From Octopus vulgaris (taxonomy: Eukaryota), in NCBI GenBank assembly GCA_951406725.2, contig OX597815.1, positions 38,316,001-38,380,000 of the forward strand: a DNA stretch of 64,000 nt, given 5' to 3'. Each line of letters starts with the position of its first letter. Position 1 is the stretch's first letter. A program made the translations under genes and the position numbers. The notes beneath the pieces are model-generated. The model was not told the origin of the DNA, searched no databases, and saw only the letters and a list, made by a program, of their open reading frames with translations. Shown one piece after another: positions 1 to 13,611 of the stretch.

Positions 1-469
1 ATTTAGATAAAGCTGGAAAATACGAATCATTATTTTCTTTAAGAGGAAAGTTAACTACTTGACAGCCAGCATGAATTAGTCGTCGATGTTGTCAAATCAT
101 TGAATCAATATAACAAAGAAAAGAGATGACAACATAATTTGCTGATATTTCTAACACTATAAATACAATATTTATCTGTCTAATAACAGTAGATTTCTTT
201 TTCAATAACACGACGAGTTACTATCCTTAGGTTAAAAGTATTGCTTTCGAACATGTTCAGACTACAGCATTGTATGTCACAATGCATGTTGGAGTGCACA
301 TTCAGTTAAGTGGTGGCATAGTATTTTTAGAGAAATTACCTTCGCATCTGGTCGTTGGTACGACTGTGTAAATTATAAAGTGTTGTTTAGTCTGAGCTGA
401 CCTTTTAAGAACAAGAAGAACAATGGAAATTTTGGTGGAGACGATTTTTGTAGAAATGCCGTATTTTCT

Positions 470-474
470 CTCTA

Positions 475-508
<34 letters not shown>

Positions 509-509
509 C

Positions 510-579
<70 letters not shown>

Positions 580-640
580 CTCTATCTATCTATCTATCTA
601 TCCATCTATCTCTCTATCTATCTATCTTTCTCCTTCTCTT
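470..640. repeat. (TCTA)n microsatellite
   Basis: Tandem tcta directly visible; explains spurious ORF 423..734. Confidence 0.97.
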
Positions 641-3089
641 TCTCTCTAAATACATGCATACCCCTCCACAGATATATTACTCCCTGAGTTTTGGTCTATT
701 CAAAAATAACTTTTTATCAACTGCGGGCATATAGAAACTGCATCTTAATCTGAAACGAGATAAACTAAATGTTGTACAGAAATAGAAAAACATTTCCATA
801 TACAAAATTTGAAGTGAAGAATTTAGAAATTGTTCAATACACTCCATAACTGGTGAACTTGTCGAGCTTTTAGCAGAGCGTTGTTTCACAAGTAAAAGAA
901 ATTTAGTATATGATACAACTAAATAATTGAGGGAAGGAGTTAGAATATGTTATTGCTCTAAACGTCTTAATTCAAAAGATGTAATTACGTTTTGAAAGTA
1001 GATTTCTATTCGTACAAGGCTAATGTCTCTAGAAAATAATTTATTGAATTATTAGAACAATTTATAATGATATATCTATTTCACACTTATATCTCTTTCA
1101 TTGACACATCTGCAACAATAATCTCGGCAAATATTATTCTATATAACAAGGTGATTTATGAAGTAATATATTTTTATAACAAATAAAATCATTATATACA
1201 CATGACTTTGTATAGAAATAATTCGCCTGCAGGATTAATTAAATCTGCGATCGTGGTTGTTAGACTATATATATTTATATATATATATATGACATGATAT
1301 AATATAATATAATATAATATATATGTACGTATATCAATTGCCCTCTCATAATTTAGGAAATACAGAACCATTTAGTGTTTAAATTTGTTTAACTCGGAGC
1401 TATCTTACTCAAACTGAAGCTTCAAGTTTGGTGGTTAGCACCGACGTTCAAAGTATGGACTAAAATAAATCAACTTCACTTCTCTGTCCAATTTGCCTTA
1501 TTAGCAGCATCTCATATAGAGCCGCAAACTGTGAAAATTACTATTAACAAGTCAATTATATTGTTTCATCGTACTAATTAAAACGCCGTGGGCTCTAATA
1601 CGTCCGTATAGTTGAGAAATAGATAATATCCTTCGTTCTATAGATAACACTAAATTATGCTGACATGTGACAAGATATGACAACTCTCTCCTTTCGTAAT
1701 AAACTATTGTACATAATTTAGAATGCAATGGTAACTTATTTGATTTCAAGTGCTATCTGCTACAGAGGAGAAACATTTCTGTAATGTTCAATTCTTGCCA
1801 AAAAACTCTATGTTATTATTTATGACAAAATCAGATTAGCTACTGTGTGTGATATCGACGAATTTTGATTTCAAAGTTCGTAACCTTGTATTTATATTTT
1901 CAATAATCACTCACACACACACACACACATTCTTTCAAAATATTTCAAAAATTCTATTTAGAATTCATCACACGGTTATATTATTAGATTTAACTACACT
2001 TGCATCGTGTATCAAATTACTTAGTATTATTAAATACTTAATGATAGCGAACCGTTTTGATAATATATATCCAGAACCACGAACTTAGTTCAACTAGAGC
2101 GGTTTGGTCATTAAAATCATTTTAGAATCAGCATTGTATAATCTTTTGGACTCGAATGACTCCAAAACGTGCCAAGCAATAAGCGAGTTATTTTGAACGG
2201 ATAAAATGATTTTGGCGAACCCAAGAGCTCTGATATCTCTTAGAATATAACTCCCATTTCTCAGCACCAACGTGCTTACAACAGAAAATAGAAATAGGAA
2301 CTTTCACTTTGTTATACAGCTGCATTCCCGCGAGTGGAACAATAACCGAGGCTTCGATACGACAGAAAACATTACGACATCACATGTTGCATTCACGAGC
2401 ACTTCTGTTTTGTCGTTGTTGTAGTTGTCGTCGTTGTTGTAGTTGTTGTTGTTCTTCTTCTTCTTTTTCTTGTTGCTATTTCACTACAGACTTCTGCACA
2501 ATGACATTTCACCCATTTCAGTTCCGTCTTTTTTAAAGCAGTAGTGTATCTAGATATACGTTATCGAATGTGATTTTCCATTAGAGTCTGATACAAAAGA
2601 AATGTGCGTCTATTTTCTGACCGGTTGAGTTACTACATACAAGCATATTCGATGGCTCGTCCAGCTTCAATAATTTTATGGAAAAGCTCATTTATATCGT
2701 CACGTTTCCATTCAATAGTCTCTATTTCAGAATGCCTGAGCGAAGCTTTCTGAGTGCTAAACCCGTTTTGGTGATGGTTTTTAATAATAAGCAGAAAAGG
2801 CGAGCACCAAGAAAAAAAATGAACATACAGCATGATGGGAGAGAAAATTGCGAGAGAGAACGAAAAACAATAAAATGTTACACATATATAAAGATATATA
2901 TATATATATTCAGAGATGAAGAGAGCGAGAGAGTGGGAAATAGAATGCTACGCTTATAAAACAAGCAAATGCAGGGATGAAAAAAAAAAGTGAGAAATGT
3001 GGTGAAGTAAGTGAAAACCTTACACTTAGATAAACATGGAGTTATCTCCTTTTATGTGACACAAATACAGTTTATTATTACTCTTTTTT

Positions 3090-3293
3090 TTACTCTTTTA
3101 CTTGTTTCAGTCATTTGACTGTAGCCATACTAGGGCACCGCCTTTAGTCGAGAAAATCGACCCCAGGACTTATTCTTTGTAAGCCATGTACTTATTCTAT
3201 CGGTCTCCTTTGTCGAACCTCTAAGTCACGGGGACGTAAACACACCAGCATCGGTTGTCAAGCGATGTTGGTGGGACAAACGCAGACACATAA

Positions 3294-3325
<32 letters not shown>
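3090..3325 (-). mobile_element. tRNA-derived SINE family A, 3' half (split from 4285-4485 by a Penelope-like insertion)
   Basis: ttttacttgtttcagtcatttgact...gggacaaac then CA/TA tract; similar degenerate 3' half at 47212-47420; the matching head lies at 4285-4485 beyond the insert. Confidence 0.75.
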
Positions 3326-3330
<5 letters not shown>

Positions 3331-3331
<1 letters not shown>

Positions 3332-4265
3332 TGTTATATTTCGGAATGGTCATTTTGCCAGATTGGCCAATAAAAACACACGCACTATATATTTGGTGTT
3401 ATTTTGCTTCAGTGTTATTTATTTTTTACATTAATCTTAATCTTATTTCGGCCAGAGTTCTTTCGTCATACTCCTTAATTCTTAGCTTAAGTTTCTCTAG
3501 GGTCCTTCTAAAGCGGTACGCCAGTTCACATCCAGGGGTGGTGTCAACGAACATGACACTCTGGTATTTATGGCTATCATACCAAGAGTTGGCCTTCCCT
3601 ATTATTCTTTTTTGTCCTTTCTATAGTGTTCCATGACTTGTTCCTATAGAGTGGGCAAATCCCATTCCTATCATTACATAATATATTATCAAATTTCTTC
3701 ATGGCTCCTTTGTATACTCTGATCCTTTCTTTATGGCTGTAACCTGAGAACTGCATGCGGTGAATGAAATATAATATAAATGTAATGATAATAATAAGTG
3801 GATGTAAACACATGAACAAAATAAGAATAAACAAAAACAACAACAACAAAAACAAAATACAAATTACATGAACGTATATAAACAGAAGATACAAATATTA
3901 CAGGCATCCCCCCACATACACACACTAAATAAACATAGACGCACATAGAGATATAAGCATGCGCAAGTGAAGACATACAATAGAAATACAAAATGGCTGC
4001 CGGTTAGTAAGGAGAGACACAAATAAGAAAGAAGAAAACAAAGGACCACTGATGCGGTCGCAGGAGTGTGACGAAAGAACTCTGACCGAAATAAGATTAA
4101 GATTAATGTAAAAAATAAATAACACTGAAGCAAAATAAAACCAAATATATAGTACGTGTGTTTTTATTGGCTAAACTGGCAAAATGACCATTCCGAAATA
4201 TAACAATATCTGTTTCAACACACGACTTCACATAAAAAATCTTGCACAACAAATATTTAAACGTG

Positions 4266-4270
<5 letters not shown>
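3331..4270. mobile_element. Penelope-like element remnant with inverted pseudo-LTRs
   Basis: ~145-bp inverted repeat (3331-3474 vs ~4063-4207), (TA)n on both flanks; minus-strand 3480-3765 reads RMQFSGY..RIRVYKGA..DRNGICPLYRNKSW and SVMFVDTTPGCELA, resembling the PLE post-RT region. Confidence 0.75.
4044..4087 (+). ncRNA. Degenerate minimal type I hammerhead ribozyme in pLTR
   Basis: cca-CTGATGc-g-GTCGC aggagt GTGAC-GAAA-GaaC-TC-tga; the inverted copy reads TC-tgg, restoring stem I; the core has an A>C change. Confidence 0.5.
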
Positions 4271-4284
<14 letters not shown>

Positions 4285-4312
<28 letters not shown>

Positions 4313-4485
4313 TTATATACGACGGGATTCTTTCCGTTTCCGTCTACCAAATCCACTCACAAGGCTTTGGTCGGCCCGAGGCTATAGTAGAAGACACTTG
4401 CCCAAGGTGCCACGCTGTGAGACTGAACCTGGAACCATGTGGTTGGTAAGCAAGCAACTTACCACACAGCCACTCCTGTGCCTAT
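4285..4485 (-). mobile_element. tRNA-derived SINE family A, 5' half
   Basis: Reverse complement aggcacaggagtggctgtgtggtaag...ggttcagtc (A/B-box-like) ...ttgggcaagtgtcttctactatagcc...ggtagacggaaac; other copies at 19616-19770, 22875-23130, 41580-41670, 50205-50355. Confidence 0.85.
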
Positions 4486-5033
4486 TATTAACTATTGTAG
4501 CATAGATAACAGAAGACAGGTCGGAGAGCTGGCAGATTCATAAGCATCTCAGAAAAAAATTCCTTGCGTTATTTATTCCTAATCTGAGTTTAAATTTCAA
4601 TAAGTTCAACTATGTTATTCATGCTCTCGGGGCCTTAAAAATAAAGTAATATTTTAAAAAATGAAATCAATGATATCAACAAATTCGCTCCCCCTTCATA
4701 TTGTTGGTCTTTTGTCGTTATTAGAGACAATATCAGGAAATATTATTAACCGAATTTATCGAACTTATAATTTCATTCAATTCTTCCTTCTGTAATTATG
4801 GTCAATAATTTCAAAAAAGTTAGTTGTTCTGTTGAGTAACTAATAAATACAAATATCGTTTACGCTGACAAAACATCTAAGGACAAAAATATGTTCAATA
4901 GAATTACTTCCGTATCAGTGAGGCCAAATAAACTGGCAAAGTAAACCCAGTTTTATATATTTCATTTTTATTATAAACATGTTTTTTCAATATGGAGTTG
5001 CTGTTGTTGTTGTTTCCGCCGTTGCTGCTGTTG

Positions 5034-5121
5034 TCTTCTTCTTCTTCTTCTTCTTCTTCTTCTTCTTCTTCTTCTTCTTCTTCTTCTTCTTCTTCTTCTT
5101 CTTCTTCTTCTTCTTCTTCTT
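5034..5121. repeat. (TTC)n microsatellite, tail of the adjacent minus-strand SINE
   Basis: Pure ttc repeat; explains the poly-E/poly-F ORFs. Confidence 0.95.
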
Positions 5122-5590
5122 CCAATCAGGACTCACGCCATTAGCCACAAAGAATAATCTCTAATTCGAGCCTACTCTAAGCTACTAAGAATGCGGCGGC
5201 AACTTGAAATCCACCCACCACACGCGATAGGCTGGCGGTTGCACGGGCACGAAAGCTGCGTTATTATCCTCATTCCGTAAACGGTGACTTTTAACGGGTG
5301 GAGAGCTGAACCATCCTGAGGTACAAAGGATTTGCAATCTAGACTAGGGTCTGAAATTTTACCACATGGGTTACACCATGGTTCCTCTACTTAGTGGCAG
5401 AAGTACGAAGAAAGAGTGAGAGAAAGTTGTGGTGAAAGAGTAATGCGGGGTTCACCCCTCCCCCGCCTGAGCCTCGTGGAGCTTAGGTGTTTTTGCTCAA
5501 TAAACACTCACAATGCCCGGGCTGGGAATCGAAACCGCGTTCTTACGACCGCAAGTTCGCTGCCCTAACCACTTGGCCATTGCACCTCCA
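5122..5590 (-). mobile_element. tRNA-derived SINE family B
   Basis: Reverse complement ggaggtgcaatggccaagtggttagggcagcg...ggtttcgattcccagcccgggc (A/B boxes); head and core shared with 13612-13800; ends in (GAA)n. Confidence 0.8.
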
Positions 5591-5739
5591 CCCTGCTGCT
5601 GTTGTTGTTTATTTCTAAGTCAGCCCTTACTGAGCAGTCTGACGACAAGTCATTCCCTTTTTTTATCAGACGTCTTACCATTGGCTACTAAAACATTCTT
5701 GTAGCTGCTGGTGATTCAGTCATATTACTCAACCGGATG

Positions 5740-6620
5740 CTCGTGCACTCTCATTCTATTTAAAATGGCTACCGCTTTGATGCAGGAATATTGAATAGTG
5801 CGTTCTGAGGTAAAAATGTGTGGCTTCGACTACGGCTCGATACATTAAATGGCAATAAATGGAACTAATGAAGCACGTGACATTTATTATCAAGGAAAAC
5901 CAGATGGTGTTGAATCTGTTGAAGTAGGTTGTAGAGATCTTGGTGAAGAAAATTCGAAGGCATAACGGCTGCCTTCAAATAAGAGATATCAAACGAAAAA
6001 TAGCTTAGACCTGTCGAAAAGCGACGGCGATGCTTGTACATGTGAATGGCATTGATCTCAAAATAACTTGATTATTTGTATAACTACTGAAAGAATAACT
6101 GACACCTAGAACCATATGTGGACCACTAAATTTTCCCGAAGTTTTGTGATATATTCTAAAAAGAAAATGATGAGTAACGACAGAGAAAGTAAATTGCCAT
6201 AAATCCTTATTAGAGAACTTGAATGAAAGTACTTTGACTATACCGCCTATAATGGCAAGTATTGATAACTCTAGGAATAGTAATATATTTATAGATGGTG
6301 CTCACTCAGCTGTACTTAACAAAAATAGAATCACAGCTTCACTGTTCGCATACTCATGCAGTAGAAAGTCACTGATCTCAGATGTGGCTCTTTTAAAATA
6401 TTATCATGGCCTTGGTCTCTGATAATATGGAATTGCTAGCAAGCTACAAAATTCGAAAGTCACCCCTGCTTGATCAATCTAAATATACTCTCTTTCTGCT
6501 TCGCTTGCACTAAGACTACTCCATGTTACACCTGGCTATCATCAGACACAATAACGTTCCAGTGACCCATTAAATATGTATCGCAGAAATATGCTACAGT
6601 CACTCCTGTATCGATTGGTC
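5740..6620 (-). pseudogene. Decayed GRL101/LGR-like GPCR fragment (hinge, TM1-TM3, ECL2, TM5)
   Basis: Manual translation gives ~190 codons with 3 stops: LSILAIIGG..FSVVTHHFLFRIY..SYTNNQVILRSMPFTC..QPLCLRIF..FSLIINVTCFISSIYCHLMYRAV; upstream frames TFEFCS and SCDSIF resemble the LGR hinge. Confidence 0.45.
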
Positions 6621-7629
6621 GTTCTTCTCAAAATCAGCGTACTCCATGTTTTTTACGTATACACTATACACAATTTAAAGTAGTGGTGACAGAAATCTGT
6701 TTTCGAAGGAAAAAGATACTTTGTAATTTAATGAAAGCATCTTTTTATTTACGCATTTCGCGTTTTTTATAGCAACTTGAAACTTGAAAATGTTTTTGTA
6801 AAGCTACTCAAAACGAATATATTTATTTCAAGAGTTTAGATATTTTTAATGAGTGACTCACTGAGAAATATAATTTACAACACACTCATATATTGTGTCT
6901 CTATAAAATAGATAGTTACTAGAATATCTAATTGAACTACCTTATGTTTGTTGTTGTTTTAAGTTTTAAGAAAATCATATTAATGCTTCTAGCTATATTA
7001 ATTTTAGCAAAATTCTATATTCATTTCTTGTAAAAGAACCTGGTTAGTTCACGAATGCATGTAAATCAAATATCCATTCTTCGAGAAAATAAAATCATGA
7101 TACTTGTATATTGGATTGATGAAGTTCAATGGGTATTATGTACACCATTCCAGAATATAAAAGAAGCTGGCTTCGGCAATAAATGTAGCCTATTTCTACA
7201 AAGGTTCTACGGGACATCTGTTTCGTGATACGAATTAATTGGAAGTCTACAACACGCATGCACAAACAGACAAATACACACACACACACGCGCGCGCGCG
7301 CACACACACAGACACACACACAGACACAGACACACACACACGCTCACACACACACACACACACATACACACACACACGCACACACCAAGCACACACACCA
7401 TCGCACACATATTTCATTGATACACGTGTGCTTTTGAATAGAAATATATTATGGCTTTCGATGCAGTAACTCAGAGATTGGCTCATTTGAACCTGCACGA
7501 TACCAGCTGTTACCTTTTTACTAATTATACTTGTTGCAGTTTATCGGTTGTGATGCTGGGGTGTCATTATTATTCACAAAGCGCGATGACAAAGCGGATA
7601 GAAGCTTGATAGTACGACAGCATAACGAA

Positions 7630-10600
7630 GGATCAAATGGGCTTGCAGCCCGATCCAGGGTTAGTTGCAACAAGTAAGCATGATAAACCATGCCCCCATG
7701 ATCCCGGAGCACGGGCTGGGGGAATAAAGGATCAAACAGGAACGGAAAAAAAGGAATGGACCTGGACTGGAAATGGACAATGAGAAAGGAAGCGGTAAAG
7801 GAATGGTCGATGAGGAATTCAGCTGCTGCGGAAAGGTGTTTGCTGGTTACATCGGGCTGAGAATTCATCAAAGGAAGGTGTGTCAGAGGAAAGTAATTCA
7901 ACAGTGTGGGTTGAAAAACAATAAGACGTGTGGCCAGAACCTTCTGGAAAGAAACCATAGCGAGGGTCATTCCACAGTTGAATCGGAACAGCCAAAACAA
8001 GTGATAGGCGTGAAGAAGCCAAAATAGTGATAGGCGTGAAGATTAAGTGGCTGAAAGCAAATGATGCCTGGAGCTATAAAAAATTCGACGACAAGGTTGC
8101 AAGAATGACTACTCTGACATAAATAAAGTACTCCCAGAAATGCACGGGCTGAAGAAACCACCTGAACCAAGGGTACCATTTGAATCGAGTGACGTCGGAC
8201 GAAAAGAAATGGATGATATCATAAGAAAAGCAAGAGCAAAAAATTCACCTGGGAACGATGGAGTAAGCTACAAGGTGTATAAGTATTGCCCGAAATTACG
8301 TTTGCACTGATAAAAGAAATGTGGAAGAAGAAAGACATAGCGGAGCGAAGGTGAGTAGCTGAAGGTATCCATTTATCTAAAGAGAAAGAGGCAAAAACAC
8401 TAGGGCAATTCAGATCCATTTCATTATTCAATACTGATAGGAAAATCATGTTTGGAATTATTGCTACATGAATCATAAGATTTGTACAGCATAACGGATA
8501 TGTTAATGAAGCAATCCAAAAAGTAGGGATCCCTGGGTGCATATAACATGCATTTGCCCTCTGGGAAGTTATCACCTGTGCAAAACAACTGAAGAAAACC
8601 TGTACATTGTATGGTTAGATCTTGCCAATGTATATGGATCTGTTCCTCACGCACTAAATCAAGTAGCTATGAACATATTTTTGATTCCAGAGGATGTTCA
8701 ACGAATGCTCATGTGTTACTACGATAACTTGAGGATGTGCTTTACAGCAGGAAAGTTCACAACGGGGTGGCAACGGCTTGAAGTAGGTATTGCAGCTGGA
8801 TGCACGATATCAGTCATCTTATTTGTGCTAGCCATGGAGATGTTACTAAGATCAACAAACTGTGAGAAATCTGTTACAAAGACACCATTAAGGGCTTTTA
8901 TGGACGACGTAACTGTATTATCGGAAAGTAGAGAAGCAGCAGATGGAACATTAGAGCGGTTGGACGAACTAATAGGATGGGCAAGAATGAAATTCAAAGC
9001 CAAAACATATTGAAGCGTGGCTTTTGTGAAAGGAGTGCAAGAAGAAGTGAAATTCAGGATAGGAGGTGAAGATATACCAACGGTGAAAGAACAACCAGTA
9101 GAGTCTCGGCAGATGGTACAGAGATTTACCAAATGATAAGAAGCAAAGCAAAGAAACACACGAGTTAGTGGAACAAGAACGAAAGGCAGTTGACAGAACA
9201 ACCTTACCGGGAAAATTCAAATGTTGGATATTGCAATTTGTACTGCACCCAAGGATAATGTGGTCACTGCAAATGTACGAAATAGCTTCGAGTAGGGTAG
9301 AAAGGATGGAACAAAGATGCTGTGTGTTTATCAGAAAATGGATTGGTCTTCCAAAACCACTTAATACAACTGCACTATACGAAAAACCCGTGCTGCAACT
9401 ACCAATAACATCAGTCGCCGAAAAATATAAGGCAGGAAAGACAAGGACAAGGTACGAACAGGGAGGAAATGGAAAGCGGAAGAGGCAGTAAGCAGGGCGA
9501 TCGGAAAGCTAAGGCACGCCGACATAGTCGGAGCGATGCAAGAAGCAAGAACCGGTCTAGGGTTGCACAATTTCAGGCAATTTTGCAAGAGCGGTGTAAA
9601 AGAGATGAAAGAGGCAGTGGTACACGAAGTGAGAAAGGAGAAAGAAGAAAGGCGAAATGTACATTTGGTGCAATGTTGTGAAGAGGGACAGTGCCTGAGA
9701 TGGGAGGAATATGTGATCAGTTGCAGGATCTCATGGAAGGAACTTTGGGCGTGGGAACAAGCAAGGATATCGTTCCTGATCAATTCTACCTTCGACGTTT
9801 TAACCCTCACCGGCGAACTGATGAATGTAGATGCGGAGAGAAAGCTTCGGTAAGGCATGTTCTGTCAAACTGCAGGTTAGCACTAGACGGATATACATGG
9901 CGTGACAATCCAGTCATCGGCGCCATAAGCGCAGCACTCAAGAAGATCGAGGGTTATAATAGCGGAGAGTACCCAAAAGTGGGAAAGCGCAAAAAATATA
10001 CTTCCAGAAAAAGGGGAAAAGAATACGGTCAAGCCTTCAAATAAAATATATCAGACAGACGAAAGATGGAAGGGATACTGGGAGCTGGCCACGGATTTGG
10101 AAAGATTGTTAATATTTCCACTCATATAAACGACAAAAAGACCGGATTTAATCCTATGGAACACAGAACGGAGAATTGAAATTTCGCTAGAGCTGACAGT
10201 GCCATGGGAAGAGAACATCGCTAATGCAGAGCAACGGACGGAGAAGAGGTACGAAAAATTAATCGAAGAGTGCAGAGAACAGGGACGGACTGTCGAGTAT
10301 TACCACCTGGCAGTGGGTGCTAGAGGCTTTATTGAAAGGAAAATGATAACGTTATTCAAAAGGTTTGCATTTTTGAGAAAAGTAATAAGGCGGATACAGG
10401 AGGCAGTCGAAAAAGCTAGCTTCTATATATGGCTGAAGCGGGAAGACCAAAAATGGCTTGAAAGCCATAACATGCGAATTGGGAAATAGCGTCGCTAGGT
10501 GAGACTGGCTGACACGTAAGCAGCATCGCTGATTGACAGGAAGCAGTGTCGTTCATGGCGTCCCTTCCTCCTGGTTCGAAGGCTTGTACCACCAAACAGC

Positions 10601-11050
10601 TGGTCGGCTCTGGCTGTTGGAACTGAAACTAACACGACACTGTTGGAAGGCATGTTTAGAGAGAGCGCGGACTAAGATTATATGCCCTTCCCCTCCATTG
10701 ATCAGTTGAAGTTTAGATAGTGTCATGTAACGACTATCTGGTGCTAGCTACTGGAGCCTACCAGCAAGTATTTAAAGGGAAATTTGGCAAGATGGTTAGT
10801 CACCCGCTGACACTCGTTAACGCTGCATCAAAGAGCCCAGGGAACAGAAGACAAAAGAAAGAAAGAAGAAATGCACTCTACATCAGAGCTGAAGACACCC
10901 TCCGAAAGGTGGGGCTCTGCCACGTCGTAAACGGAGTAGGGGCCGAAACCGGACGTGATTTCTCCTGATGATGTCTTTAGCCACTGGATCCTATAAAGGA
11001 GCTGTTGAGGTAGTAAACCACGAAACGTGGTTGGTATTCCTACATATGAT
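7630..11050 (+). mobile_element. HERO-like (R2 superfamily) non-LTR retrotransposon, near full length, frameshifted
   Basis: Ordered motifs: N-terminal Zn finger CCGKVFAGYIGLRIHQRKVC; RT WLDLANVYGSVPH, GIAAGCTIS, RAFMDD; LPGKFKCWILQF; CRCGEKASVRHVLSNC; restriction-like endonuclease RPDLILW..ELTVPWEEN..KRY; many stops; short tandem duplication near 7992-8042. Confidence 0.88.
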
Positions 11051-12759
11051 TATAAAATTTTCACTATCCAGCCGGCTAAATAACAATAGTTTATAATGAT
11101 TTTGCAGAGTCATCACTTTTTCTATCGTTGTTATCTCTCAATGGGTCTCTTCTCCTTTGTCAACAATGCAGTGTTGACATTGTTAACATTCCTATTGAAA
11201 TACTGAGCTACTGAAAAAAAAAACAGATAAATATTAAAACAATTATTCTCCACCAAAGAGGGAAGATTCCTAGACACGCCCTCTCTACTTTCCTTCAGCT
11301 TTCATTCTCTTATCTTTTCTCCTCAAGATAATGATAATAATAGAAATTATAGCTTACAAGTGCAAAGAAATAGCATCACTATCAGCTGAAATCCAGACTA
11401 CATGATCATTTTAAATCGAATACGAAAATATTAATAAGAATGATTTCCAGCATTAAAAGGAAAGAAACGAAATTGCCGGAAGACACACGATCAAATCAAC
11501 TCCTTTCTGAGTCAAAATAATTAACTGCTACCTATTTTGTTGGCCTCGGAGAGATCGAAGGCGATGTCGACCTAGTTGGGAATCGAACATAAAGCGGTGC
11601 CATAGAATTAAACCTGACATCATTTTGTTATATGTTCAAGAAATTTGAAGGTAAATTTATTACTGCTACAATTGCCAAGAGTCACAAATTTAGAGACTGG
11701 AAAGAGAATTATCGTTGTTGCAATTAACCCTTAGTTAATCCGTATCAAGCGAAGCGTTAATCAACATATTAAAACCCTATCTCTCTTCATTTCAGTAATC
11801 AAGAGCAACATTATCTGATAAGTACTTCTTTTAAGACGAAAGTTATTGGTGCATGAAGCCAAACATGTTGTAAATTAAGCAACTTAAAAACATGATTGTA
11901 ATTGATTAATGTAAGTTATAACATTTCTTTATTTAAAATTTTTATTTTAAAGACATGTTCTTGCGCAACAAATGACTTAGCAAAATCCATATTACAAGGA
12001 GAAACTTGTTCGACATCAAATCCTTACACGCTAACAGAATTAAGCTGGCATTTTCTTCGTAATATAAACTGCGGAATTAAATAAACTATGCTTGATGCAA
12101 ATGAATGGTACCACTAACATATACAGAAAGAATTTTGAAAGTTACAGTGAAGTAGAATTTTATGGAGCGAAGTAAAATAGCTCTGATAACATTAGCTAAC
12201 CGTAACAGAAAGATAATGAAGAAAATACCCCTACGAATAATTTATGTGGATATTGCAATATAGTAGTATATATGGTCTTTTATTTATACTGATATCTTAG
12301 GCAGGATATTAAAAAGGTGATTTGCAGAACTACGTTGTCTGTTTGTCGGTTAACTCCTCTTTATGCGTGACCTTCAGCTGATGGGACACGTACAATTTTC
12401 ACTACAGCACTCTCAAATCATTTGTCGCTTCTCCTTTCACCACACATTGTGTGCACTCCCACCCCAAGCATATATTAACCACTGCACGGAAAAGTTTGCA
12501 CGAATTCAATCAGTACATAAGAAAAAATAGAGGCGTCAAATATATTCAATCCAATTCTCGAAAATAAGACTATGAAGGCCTGGAAATATCGGATCCGGAT
12601 ATCGGAACTCTATTGCTCCAAACCAACTGTAAAAAGCTTAAAAGGAAAATGTGAAAAGTATAAAATAAAAAATAAAAAACATTTAACATCCACGTATATA
12701 AATATACGTGCATGTATATAAATATACGTGCATGAAACAGTTATATAAGAAAAAAATCT

Positions 12760-12824
<65 letters not shown>

Positions 12825-13611
12825 GAATATTATATAAGTATATGTATGTAAGTGTATGCATGTTTGTGTGTTTACGTGTGTGTTTGTGTGTTAGATTATT
12901 TGTGTGTGTGTGTCTGTGTCCGTGTGTTCGTGGGTGTGTGCGCGGAAAGAAAGAGTGAGAGAGAGAGAGAGAGAGAGGATAGGGATTTAAGATAAGTATA
13001 TTAATATGCATCAATTTCATCAAGTTACCAACTGGATTCGATAGGAGGATATTAATTTTCAGTTGCGCAGAAACAAAGAAACTAACGTTACTAACGTGTC
13101 ATATGGAACATTAAGTTGTGAGCATGTATATCAATTGAATTTATAGCGCAGCACCTGAGAACATGACAGAAAAGAAAAAAAAAACAGCTACAACAATAAC
13201 TATTATTCAATTTGTGCCCCGGCGCCAAACTATACCCAATGCATTAAAGAAACATTTTCATGGATCACAATAATGATAACAGTAAGAGGGTTTCTGGCAC
13301 CACAGGAAGCCTGTTTCTCAATAAGAAATGAACATTCTATTAGAAATGTCATACTGTTTTCTATTTATAGCTGTTTGAAGATTGCAAGTGGAAACATCAG
13401 ACTTCATAAGCATTTTAATGAAATTTTATGCTATGTTTATTGGAAGGCAGCGAGTTCCCGTCCTGACCACGTGCTACCGTCTATAAGAAAGAAAAGAAGG
13501 CAGAGAACAATGTAATTTCTGATATATAAAGTCCCGGATTCTCATGGTTGGAATACCTCTAATCATAAATTGGCTGAACGATGGGTAATCTTGGGCTTAA
13601 CAGCAACAGCA

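Noticed and set aside
423-734. ORFs of IY/CV/TH/L/Y/E/I homopolymer or dipeptide runs throughout the window
   Set aside because: Translations of microsatellites lacking stop codons; not genes.
1380-1800. Ig-like motif NAVGSNTSV in unique DNA
   Set aside because: A single short motif amid stops with no splice context.
10918-11030. Type III hammerhead using CCACGTC...CTGATGA...GAAACGTGG
   Set aside because: Stem III could form, but stems I and II do not pair in register; kept only as a structured-RNA finding.
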